Shown here piece after piece: positions 36,924 through 48,030 of a DNA stretch of 64,000 nucleotides; position 1 is the first letter of the stretch, and each line of letters opens with the position of its first letter. This DNA is from Somniosus microcephalus (lineage: Eukaryota): NCBI GenBank assembly GCA_052327205.1, contig CM126226.1, positions 10,974,001 through 11,038,000 on the forward strand, in the 5' to 3' direction. A model generated the notes under the pieces. The model was not told the DNA's origin, did not search any database, and saw nothing but the letters and a program-made list of their open reading frames with translations. Both the position numbers and the translations under genes were made by a program.

Positions 36924-39900
36924 ATGCCTAAACATGGGAACATTAATACCTTTGATAGCGACATCGAAGATTGGGCCATGTATGTAGAACGCATACAAAA
37001 TTATTGTAAAGCAAATAAAATTCCAGATGAAGAGAAAGCACTAACATTATTAAACTTAATGGGTGCGAAGACATACGGGCATTTGAAACACCTTTTATCA
37101 CCAGATGAACCGGCGGATAAGACGTTCGAGGAGATTGTTACTGTCCTGAAAAATCATCTAAACCCCACGCCGCTGATGCTAGCGGAACGATTTAAATTTT
37201 GCAGCTGAAGGATGGAAGCAATGCTGAATATTTAATGGAATTGCGTAAGCTAGCAAAGCACTGTCAGTTTGGAATGAGACTGACAGAGACGCTACGAGAT
37301 AAATTTGTGTGTGGTTTATTAAAAGAAGATACACAAAAGCGACTGCTCGAGGAGAATGAGCTGACGCTTGAGAAAGCGGTCACTATGGCAGCAGCACACG
37401 AAGCCGCAGCGAGAGGCATGGCAGTAATGCAGCTACGGTCACCGGAACTCAGTACAAATAAATTGGGTTTGAGTACTGTAAAATGTTATCGTTGTGGAAA
37501 GACAACGCACGATCAGAACCAGTGTTGGTTTAAAAACCAAGAATGCAGAACGTGTGGCAGGCTTGGCCACATAGCTAAAGTATGCCGGTCAGGAAAGAAG
37601 ACCAGCAACAAAAAGTCACCGCAAGGAAAATACATAAAGGTACACAAGGTGACAAAGAACAGTTCGACCGAACAGAAGTCAGATTCAGACGCTAGCAGTA
37701 ATGAACTGGGTAGCTTAAGAGTACACAACGTTGGTAAGGATGCAGATCTCCAGACAATTTGGGTCACCCTTCAGATAGCAGGAGTCCAAGTAAAGATGGA
37801 ATTGGACACTGGATCGGCATTGACGGTCATGAATAAGAAAGATTACAAAAGGTTATTCCAACATATTCCCTTACGGGATACGGAGATTATATTGAAAACA
37901 TACACGGGGCAAAGAGTGTACCCCATCGGAAAGATAGAGGTAAAAGTGGTCCACAAGGGCGAAGAAAGCCAAGTAATGGACTTATATGTGCTACCTGAAG
38001 GAGGTCCACCACTACTGGGACGGGAGTGGATTAGGAAAATGAATGTGGACTGGCACTCCTTGAAGGCACTAACGGTAGATTCCGGGGAAACAGATGTCAA
38101 ACCTAAACGATTGTCCAAAATATTGGATGATGCTAAAGAGGTGTTCCAGCAGGGACTGGGAACACTGAGAGGAATTACGGCAAACATCAAGATTGATGAA
38201 CATGCACACCCAAAAAATTTTAAAGCCAGACCGGTACCCTATGCAATACGACCTACTGTAGAAGCGGAACTGGAAGCGCTAGAACGTTCAGGTGTACTGG
38301 CTAAGGTAGATTGGAGTGAGTGGGCTACGCCCATTGTTCCCGTTATGAAACGTCCTTCGAGCAACAAGCCAGGAGAACCAGGGAAGGTTCGCATCTGTGG
38401 AGATTTCAAAATCACCGTTAATCCGGTGCTTCACACGGTGCAGTATCCGCTTCCGCGGATTGAGGATATTTTTGCTTCGTTGTCTGGCGGGAAACACTTC
38501 ACCAAGATAAACCTGGCGCAGGCGTACTTGCAGATGGAGGTTGAAGAAGAGTCACGCCAATACCTCACGATCAACACGCATCGAGGTTTGTACCGGTACA
38601 ATAGGCTGGTTTTTGGAGTGGCATCGGCTCCAGCAATTTGGCAGAGGGCCATGGAGCAGGTATTACAGGGAATTCCAGGCACACAATGTTACCTGGACGA
38701 TATTCTGATTACAGGTGATGGTGATGAAGAACACCTCGCAAACTTGGAACTGGTGCTCAACAGACTGAAAGAGTATGGACTTAGAGTAAATCGGCAGAAA
38801 TGTGAGTTCTTCCAGAAGCGGATCTCGTACTGTGGTCATGTCATTGACCGGGAGGGGCTTCGTAAGTCTCCTGACAAGATAGAGGCAGTTGTAAAGGCTC
38901 CCGCTCCGGATAATGTCTCTCAGTTGAGGTCGTTTCTAGGATTGATTAACTATTACCATAAATTTCTACCAAATCTATCCACGGTACTGCACCCGCTGAA
39001 CGCTCTTTTACAGAAGGGGGTACCATGGGAATGGAGCGAAAACTGCAAGAAGGCATTTTGCAAAAGCAAAGAATTGATCACCTCAGAGGAAGTGTTGGCT
39101 CACTTCAACCCGACACTGCCTATTCGGTTGGCTTGTGATGCTTCTCCATATGGTATTGGGGCAGTACTCTCACACAAGTTGCCAAATGGCACGGAAAGGC
39201 CAGTCGCGTTTGCATCCAGATCATTGACCTCCGCTGAGCGCAACTATGCGCAGATCGATAGGGAGGCTCTCAGCCTTGTATGGGGAGTGAAGAAGTTTAA
39301 TCATTACCTGCAGGGCCAAAAATTCACACTTCTGACAGACCATCAGCCGTTGGTATCCATTTTTAACCCTAAGAAGGGTGTTTCAGTGATGACAGCACAG
39401 CGTCTCCAGAGATGGTCCCTTTTCCTAGGGGCACATCAATATCAAATATAATTCAAAGGTACGAAGCAGCATGGCAATGCTGATGGGCTGTCGCGCCTGC
39501 CACTACCTGAAGAAGAAGAAACGACGAAAGTTGACCCTGTTGAGTTATTTCATTCGACCATCATCGAGTGTTTACCAGTCACCAATGCAAGTATTGAAAG
39601 AGAAACCAGGAACGACCCGACACTGTCCAGAGTCTACGAGGTGACAGTTTAAGGATGGCCAACACGTGGTGATCCTCTGTTACCGGCATTCTCGGCAAGG
39701 CGAGACCAGCTGTCCGTCTGCCATGGTACTTTGATGTACGGGACAAGAGTGATTATTCCTCCCAAGTTAAGGGAAAGAGTTCTAAAAGAACTGCATGAAG
39801 GTCATCTGGGGGGAGTTAAGATGAAAAGTCTTGCTAGGGCTTATGTATGGTGGCCAGGTATTGACCAACAGATAGAGGAGTTGACGAAAAGCTGCGCTGG

Positions 39901-40870
39901 GTGCCAAAAAGTGCAAAATGCACCTCCGATCGCACCACTACACCCATGGGAATGGCCTTCAGCCCCATGGCAACGCGTACATATTGACTTTGCTGGTCCA
40001 TTCATGGACTCCATGTTCCTAATTGCGGTGGACGCACATTCCAAATGGCCAGAAGTGATCAAGATGAATACCACTACTTCAGAAAAGACAATTGCGGTGT
40101 TAAGAACAATATTCGCAAGGAACGGTTTGCCAGAACAGATCTGTTCGAACAACGGACCACAGTTCGTGTCGGAAGAATTCCAAAAATTCTTAAAGAAGAA
40201 TGGGGTGAAACATTATACCTCTGCCCCATATCATCCGGCGACAAACGGGTTGGCCGAGAGATGTGTCCAAACATTCAAAAAGGCAATAAAGGCCATGAAC
40301 GATGATCAGATTCCGCTACAGCACAAGGTGGACAATTTCCTAATGGCATATCGAAACGCCGCTCATGCAGTGACTAACCAAAGTCCTGCCATGATGATTT
40401 ATAACAGGAGGTTGCGGTCCAGGTTGGACTTGTTAAAACCAAATGTGCGGAGGGAAGTGGAAAACAAACAGTTCCGGCATATTAATAACAAGACCACTCG
40501 AAGTTTCGACGTAGGACAACCAGTGTTGGCAAGGGGCTGTGGAAACGAAAAATGGCAGTCCGGAACAATTCGGGCCAGACAAGGACCTCTAATGTACACA
40601 GTAGATATTGGTAACAATGTGATAAGGCGTCATGCGGATCAACTGGTAGAATCGAGAGCAAGGGTCGAACCCATGGTTGCGACAGAGACAACTGTGGAAG
40701 ACGTTAATGAACCTGAAGCATCTACCTCGGCAGGGAATGTACCTGAGGATGATAACACCCAATGCATGGGAGACCAACTAGAGGAGTCACCTCAGCAACA
40801 GGAATCAGAGACCACTGAAAGGCGTTATCCAAACCGAATCAGAAGGCCTCCTGAGAGACTGAACCTTTGA
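36924..40870 (+). pseudogene. gag-pol polyprotein with a frameshifting deletion (~37200) and two in-frame stops (~39449, ~39650)
   Basis: Same domain order as elements 1 and 2: CCHC x2, ELDTGS, YLDD, RNase H, integrase. Confidence 0.95.
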
Positions 40871-41959
40871 ACTGTTTATACCTGAAGTTATATATGTTAT
40901 TATGTTATGTTAAATGGGGATATGACTGTTAAGCTAAAAAGGGAGGATTGTGGTGTATGTAACCTGTTCCACCTTAAGAGAACTTAAGCCTGTTCCACCT
41001 TAAGAGATGTACTACTTTCTCTGGCTGCTGTATACGTAATACCGGTGGTGACCACCGGTATATAAGCACTGTGTAGTAATATTGTATTTTAGTATAGTCC
41101 TGACCTCCAACCAGTAAAGACCTGTTGAACTTTAATCTTGTAGTCTGTGTTAGTAATTACAACTAGAACACACAGACTTAACAAGAGTGTCGTGAGTCTT
41201 TGGAACTCTCTTCCTCAGAGGGCGGTGGAAGCAGAGTCTTTGAATATTTTTAAGGCAGAGATAGATAGATTCTTGATAAGCAAGGGGGTGAAAGGTTATC
41301 GGGGGTAGGCGGGAATGTGGAGTAATCAGATCAGCCATGATCTTATTGAATGGCGGAGCAGTCTCGAGGGGCGGAGTGGCCGACTCCTGCTCCTAATTAG
41401 TGTGTATTCTCTTCCACCTTCATCGTGTGGGCCTTGGCCTTTCGCTGGACTTCTCAGCAAGACTCGCTGTCGCAGTCCCTTCATTAGCAGGCACCAACCT
41501 TGTCCCTGCTGCACCGAGTCCCTGAGGTTCAAGTCTTGCTGTTTGGGATGCTGCATTCCAAACCTCTGCTTTACTTTTAGTGCCTTGATCGTGGATCTCG
41601 GTGTCACACAAGGACAGCAGCATTCTGCCATGTAACACCCAGTGTATCGCTGAGCTGTTAAAAGTGCAGGTGCGTTTCCCTTTGCCAGTCACAATGTGTA
41701 ATTGCTCTGCACTCATTCAATTAGAGACTGATTCATGGCTTGTAGCAGATGCTTGGCTGAGTTCGAGGTCAGTCTGGGTTTCTTGCTGTTTTTTATAAAT
41801 TAGCAGCTAGAGACTTTCTGGGTCAATCAGGTATTTTTTATTGCTGGGAATTTTCAGTGCAGATTGCAAATTATTTGGCTTTTATATTTTTTTAAAAAAA
41901 TCGGAGACACAATTTGCATGTAGCAAATTGCAACATGTAATACAATAAAAATCATGCCA

Positions 41960-43175
41960 AAATGGAGATTAAAAGGGCTGTTGTGATGAGGGTGGAGAAA
42001 GCCTGGCAGGGAACATAAAGGGAAATTGTAAAGGATTTTATGAGCACGAAGAGTATGGTAATGCTAATGAAAGGAAATGTCCTTTATGGAATATGAAGGA
42101 ATGGCAGATACCCAGAGGTCTTGCCTTGGTTTTCACACGAGTGTGGTAGTGGAAATGGAAGGGTTAAAAAAAGAAACGAAGGACTTGCATTTCTATAGCG
42201 CCTTTCATGATCCGGACATCCCAAAGATTGACGTACTTTTGAAGTGTGGTCACTGTTGTAATGTAGGAAACGCAGCAGCCAATTTGCGCACAGCAAGCTC
42301 CCGCAAACAACAATGAGATAATGGCCAGATAATCTCTTTTTCCTTTCCCCCCCCCAGTGATGTTGGTTGAGAGATAAATATTGGCCAGAAGAACTCCCCT
42401 GCTCTTCTTCGAATAGTGCCGTGGATCTTTTGTGTCCACCCAAGAGGGCAGAGGGGTCCTTGCTTTGACGGCACCTCCAACAGTGCAGCGTTCCCTCAGC
42501 ACTGCACTGGGAGTGTCGCCCTCAATTATGTGCTCAAGTCTCTGGAGTGGGACTTGAACCCACAACCTTCTGACTCAGAGGCAGGTGTGCTACCCACTGA
42601 GCCACAGCTGACCTTATACAAGAGAAGAGGTGGAGCAATTGGATAGGATAACTGCTGATGGGAAGCATTACAAAAAAATTAGTAGAACTCAGATTGGGAA
42701 AGTCCCTGAAGGCATCCATCCTAGAACATTGAGGGAAGTCGGAGAGGGAATAGCAGAGGCTCTGACCAGAATCTTTAAAGCATCCTTGAATATGAAAGTT
42801 GTGTCAGAGGACCGGAGAGTTGTCGATGTAACACCCCTGTTCAAAAAAGAGGATAAACCAATAACTATAGACCACTTTCAGCCAAGTATCAGTCAGCAGT
42901 AAGCTGCTAGAGCCCACAGTATGAGATAAAATGAATGCTCATCTAGAAATACATGGGTTACATAAGGGCAGCCAGCAAAATTTGGGAAAATTCAAGTTCT
43001 GTTTGATCAATTTTATAAGAGTTTGTTGAGGAAATAATGGATAAAGGAAATGCAGTGGATGTTATGTACATGGATTTTCACAAAGTGGTTGTTAAGGTGC
43101 CACAGAGGAGGCGTGTTGAATAAATTATTAAGGTGCTCGGTGTTAAAGGGAGTGTGGCAGCGTGGATAGGGAGTT
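41960..43175 (+). mobile_element. Very degenerate CR1 ORF2 fragment, interrupted by a SINE
   Basis: Remnants PEGIHPRTLREV..., VTPLFKK and AVDVMYMDF. Confidence 0.65.
42172..42610 (-). mobile_element. DeuSINE copy; further fragments at ~43185-43335, ~43770-44045, ~57765-57810 and ~59230-59335 (all -)
   Basis: Reverse complement is similar to 19447-19893 (TGGCTCAGTGG A box, GGTTCAAGTCC B box, central block). Confidence 0.82.
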
Positions 43176-44176
43176 AGCGAAAGAAAGAATTTTCATTCTT
43201 ATAGCGCCTTTCACAACCTCTGGCTGTCCCAAGCATTTCACAGCCAATAAAACACTTTCAAAATGTAGTTACTGTTGTAATATAGGCAAACGTGGCAGTC
43301 AATTTGCACACAGCAAGATCCCACAAACAGCAATAAGAACCCTGTATTAATGAAACATCTGATCACATTTCTCAGCACAGCCCTTCACACCTATCTGCAA
43401 TTTATTAAAAATCTAGCATCTGCCAGGGCTTCCTGTCAACCATCCCATTATCAATTCCTATAGCCACATGTACAATGGAAACTGCCCAGGTAAATTGGCA
43501 CGCTGTAATGACACCTTCCTGACAGTGGAGGCTCTGTAGTGCCACCACTGGCAGGAGGGAGTAATTACAGCGTGACAAGTTTACACAACAGTTTCCATTA
43601 TAAATGTGGACATAATGTACGACTTTAAATTGGGAACTAAGTTGCATCTGTATGCCTAGTTCCAATTATCCCCTGACCTCTAACCCTGTTTGACTGCCCA
43701 TGTCGGAGATTAATGAGTACAGTGAATTAATTTGAGCGGCAATGGCTCTTGCTTTGTTGGTAAGCCATTTTGCACACAAGATCCCACAAACCGCAGTGGG
43801 CGGAACAACCAGCTAATTATTTTTTGGTGGTGTTGGTTGAGGAGAGACCATTAGCCAGAACACCAGGAGAATTCCCTGCTCTTCAAGTAGTCAAGAGACT
43901 GACAAGGCCTTGAAGCACCTCTGACGATGCAGCACTCCCTTCCTGCTGCACTGGTGTGTCGGTCTAAATTAGGAGTTTCAGCATGGCCTGAACGAGCAAC
44001 CCCCTGATTCAGAGGCAAGTATGCCTCTAACAAAGCCAGGCCGACACTTGAGAAGCTCTGAGCTGGAGTCCCTTTTTGCTGGTATCTGTGTCCAGCAGTG
44101 CAGTGTGGCCTGACCGAGATGCTGACGGACCTATTCAAGGGCCATCTCCATTGTTTTTTTATTTTTTGTTTTGCAG

Positions 44177-44200
44177 ATGTTTAGGCTGCAAGTGCTTCAG
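44177..44200 (+). other. Candidate 24-nt host microexon
   Basis: Long T-rich tract ending TTTTGCAG | ATGTTTAGGCTGCAAGTGCTTCAG | GTGAGA, in non-repetitive sequence; length divisible by 3. Confidence 0.4.
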
Positions 44201-44857
44201 GTGAGATGCGCATTACAAGGTACAAGGAGCTGTTGTTGGCTCCTGTTGCACACTACTAATAAGGTGAATTGATACTCCTCTTGGGTACTGGTTTCCATGG
44301 CAATTAATTGAAGCATCGCTAGGTTACATGTTTATGGTTTGTTGAAAAACACACCTGTGGACTTGATTTTTAGGAGCCTAAATCTGTGTTTAAAAATTGA
44401 ACATTAATTATGAGGGGGGAAGGGAAATCCAGGATCCTTCCTCCAAGAGAATCGGGCTCCCAATAAAGGAGGCCCTACATTTGTTTGTATCCCCAAATCC
44501 ATTTGAATGTCAACAGTGTCTGGGCTTCCGAGGAGAGCGAAGTTTTGCAAATTGGCCTTCTGAGGGAGATGGGCAATCGGAAGTGATGCTCAAAAGAAAG
44601 AAAAACCAGCTCTCTGATGCTGTCCACTGGAACCAACCTATATACCTGCAGCTAAGAGCTTTCACCGTCTTTGGGTAAATTACTGCCTCGTGTTACCGGA
44701 GCGAACTGTGAAATGAGGAACCCTCACTTTCAATAGAGTGGGAATAGGGTAAGCGGCGCACCAGATGAGCTGCACACTTTACAGGACCATCTGTCACACC
44801 GCAGCCGAAAATCCTGCTGGTCAATGAAATGTTCATCAACATTTAAAGGTGCAGCAA

Positions 44858-45930
44858 TACGGTGAGTAGACTCTCGGCGTGCGGTCAGTACAGGCTCTCG
44901 GCGTACGGTCAGTAGAGACTCTCGGCGTACGGTGAGTGGACTCTCGGCGTACGGTCAGTAGACTCTCGGCGTACGGTCAGTAGACTCTCGGCGTACGGTC
45001 AGTACAGGCTCTCGGCGTACGGTGAGTAGACTCTCGGCGTACGGTCAGTAGACTCTCGGCGTACGGTTAGTGGACTCTCGGCGTACGGTCAGTAGACTCT
45101 CGGCGTACGGTCAGTACAGGCTCTCGGCGTACGGTCAGTAGACTCTCGGCGTACGGTCAGTAGACTCTCAGCGTACGGTCAATAGAGACTCTCTGGGTAT
45201 GGTCAGTAGACTCTCGGCGTACGGTCAGTAGACTCTCGGCGTACGGTCAGTAGACTCTCGGCGTACGGTCAGTAGACTCTCGGCGTGCGGTCAGTGGACT
45301 CTCTGGGTACGGTCAGTGGACTCTCTGGGTACGGTCAGTAGACTCTCAGCGTACGGTCAGTGGACTCTCTGGGTACGGTCAGTGGACTCTCTGGGTACGG
45401 TCAGTAGACTCTCGGCGTACGGTCAGTAGACTCTCGGCGTACGGTCAGTAGAGACTCTCGGCGTGCGGTCAGTGGACTCTCGGCGTGCGGTCAGTGGACT
45501 CTCGGCGTACGGTCAGTAGACTCTCTGGGTATGGTCAGTAGACTCTCGGCGTACGGTCAGTAGACTCTCGGCGTACGGTCAGTAGAGGCTCTCGGCGTAC
45601 GGTCAGTAGACTCTCGGCGTGCGGTCAGTGGACTCTCGGCGTGCGGTCAGTGGACTCTCTGGGTACGGTCAGTAGACTCTCAGCGTACGGTCAGTAGACT
45701 CTCTGGGTATGGTCAGTAGACTCTCGGCGTACGGTCAGTAGAGGCTCTCGGCGTACGGTCAGTAGAGACTCTCGGTGTACGGTCAGTAGCCTCTTGGCGT
45801 ACGGTCAGTAGACTCTCGGCGTGCGGTCAGTAGACTCTCGGTGTGCGGTCAGTAGAGACTCTCGGCGTGCGGTCAGTAGACTCTCGGCGTGCGGTCAGTA
45901 GACTCTCGGCGTACGGTCAGTAGAGGCTCT
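44858..45930. repeat. 22-bp CpG-rich minisatellite (~48 units, some 24-bp variants)
   Basis: Unit GACTCTCGGCGTACGGTCAGTA, with variants CTCTCTGGGTA(C/T), GTGCGG, AGAGA and CAGG. Confidence 0.97.
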
Positions 45931-45947
45931 TGTGGTGATATTTTTTT

Positions 45948-46276
45948 TCCTTCAAGTAATTTCCAATTCCCTTTTGAAAGCCACGATTGAATCTGCCTCC
46001 ACCACCCTCTCAGGCAGTGAATTTCCGATCCTAAGCACTCGCTGCGTAAAAATGATTTTCCTCACATCGCCTTTGGTTCTTCTGCCAATCCCCTTAAACC
46101 TGTGTCCTCTGGTTCTCGACCTTTCCGCCAATGGGAACAGGTTCTCTCTATCTACCCTGTCCAGACACCTCATGATTTTGAACACCTCTATCAAATCTCC
46201 TCTCAACCTGCTCTGCTCCGAGGAGAACAATCCCATCTTCTCCAGTCTATCCATGTAACTAAAAGTCCCTCATCCC
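45948..46276 (-). mobile_element. CR1 ORF2 C-terminal fragment
   Basis: ORF 45952-46254: RLRGDLIEVFKIM...RTRGH...FTQRV. Confidence 0.85.
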
Positions 46277-48030
46277 TGCTGACAACATGTGCCAAAATTG
46301 GGAGAACTGTCCCACAGACTAATCAATCAACTGCCTAAAATAGTCATACACTCAATCATACCTTTCAGCCAATGTTGCAGACTCCGCCATCACCATCCCT
46401 GGGTATGTCCTGTCTCATCGGCAGGACAGACCCACCAGGGGTGGCAGCACAGTGGTATAAATTCGGGCGGGAGTGGCCCTGGGAGTCCACAGAATTGACT
46501 CCGGACCCCATGAAGTCTCATGGCTTCAGGTCAAGCATGGGTAAGGAAACCTCCTGCTGATTACCACCTACCACCCTCCCTCAACTGATGAATCAGTATT
46601 CCTCCATGTTGAACACCACTTGGAAGAAGCACTGAGAGTAGCAAGGGCACAGAATGTACTCTGGGTGGGGGACATCAAAGTCCATCAGCAAGAGTGGTTC
46701 GGTAGCACTAGAAACCGAGCTGGCCGAGTCCTGAAAAACATAGCTGCCAGACTGGCCCTACGGCAGATGGTGAGAGAACCAACACGAGGTAAAAACATAC
46801 TTGACCTCGTCCTCTCCAATCTACCTGTCACAGATGCATCTGTCCATGACAGCATTGGTAGCGGTGACCACCGCACAGTCCTTGTTGAGACGAAGTCCTG
46901 TCTTCACACTAAGGACACCCTCCATTGTGTTGTGTGGCACTACCACCGTGCTAAATGGGATAGATTCAGAACAGATCTAGCAGCTCAAAACTGGCCATCA
47001 GCAGCAGCAGAATTGTCCTCCACCACAACCTGTAACCTCAGCCCAGCATATCCCTCACTCCACCATTACCATCAAGCCAGGGGACCAACCCTAGTTCAGT
47101 GAGGAGTGCAGAGAGCTTACCAGGAGCAGAACCAGGCGTACCTAAAAATGAGGTGCCAACCCGGGAAAGCTGCAACAGAGGACTACATGCATGCTAAAAA
47201 GCGGAAGCAGCATGCTATAAATAGAGCTCAGCGATCCCACAATCAACGGATCAGATCAAAGCTCTGCAGTCCTGCCACATCCAGTCGTGAATGGTGGTGG
47301 ACCATTAAATAACTAACGGGAGGAGGAGGCTCCATGAATATCCCCATCCTCAATGATGGTGGAGCCCAGCACGTGAGTGCAAAAGACAAGGCTGAAGCGT
47401 TTGCAACCATCTTCAGCCAGAAGTGCCAAGTGGATGATCCATACCGGCCTCCTCCTGCAGTCCCCACCATCACAGAAGCCAGTCTTCAGCCAATTTGATT
47501 CACTCCATATGATATCAAGAAACGGCTGAGCGCACTGGATACAGCAAAGGCTATGGGCCCCGACAACATCCCGGCTATCATGCTGAAGACTTGTGCTCCA
47601 GAACTAGCTGTGCCTCTAGACAAGCTGTTCCAGTACAGCTACAACACTGGCATCTGTCTGACGATGTGGAAAACTGCCCAGGTATGTCCTGCCCACAAAA
47701 AGCGGGACAAATCCAATCCGGACAATTACCGCCCCATCAGTCTAATGTCACTCATCAGCAAAGTGATGGAAGGTGTCGTCAACAGTGCTATCAAGCGGCA
47801 CTTACCAATAACCTGCTCACCAATGCTCAGTTTGGGTTCTGCCTGGATCACTCTGCTCCAGACCTCATTTACAGCCTTGGTCAAAACATGGACAGAAGAG
47901 CTGAATTCCAGAGGTGAGGCTGAGAGTGACTGCTCTTGACGTCAAGGCAGCATTTGACCAAGTGTGGTATCAAGGAGCCCTAGTAAAACTGAAGTCCGGG
48001 TGGGAAACTCTCCACTGGCAGGAATCATAC

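Larger units (their letters stand above)
36171..41183 (+). mobile_element. Ty3/Gypsy LTR retrotransposon 3 (Mag-clade-like), full length, young
   Basis: 235-bp LTRs at 36171-36405 and 40949-41183 (2 substitutions counted). TSD AGAGT at 36166-36170 and 41184-41188. PBS TGGCGACGAG; PPT AAAAAGGGAGGAT. Confidence 0.97.

Noticed and set aside
44858-45930. CRISPR-like array
   Set aside because: Head-to-tail tandem units without unique spacers, no cas genes, eukaryotic context.
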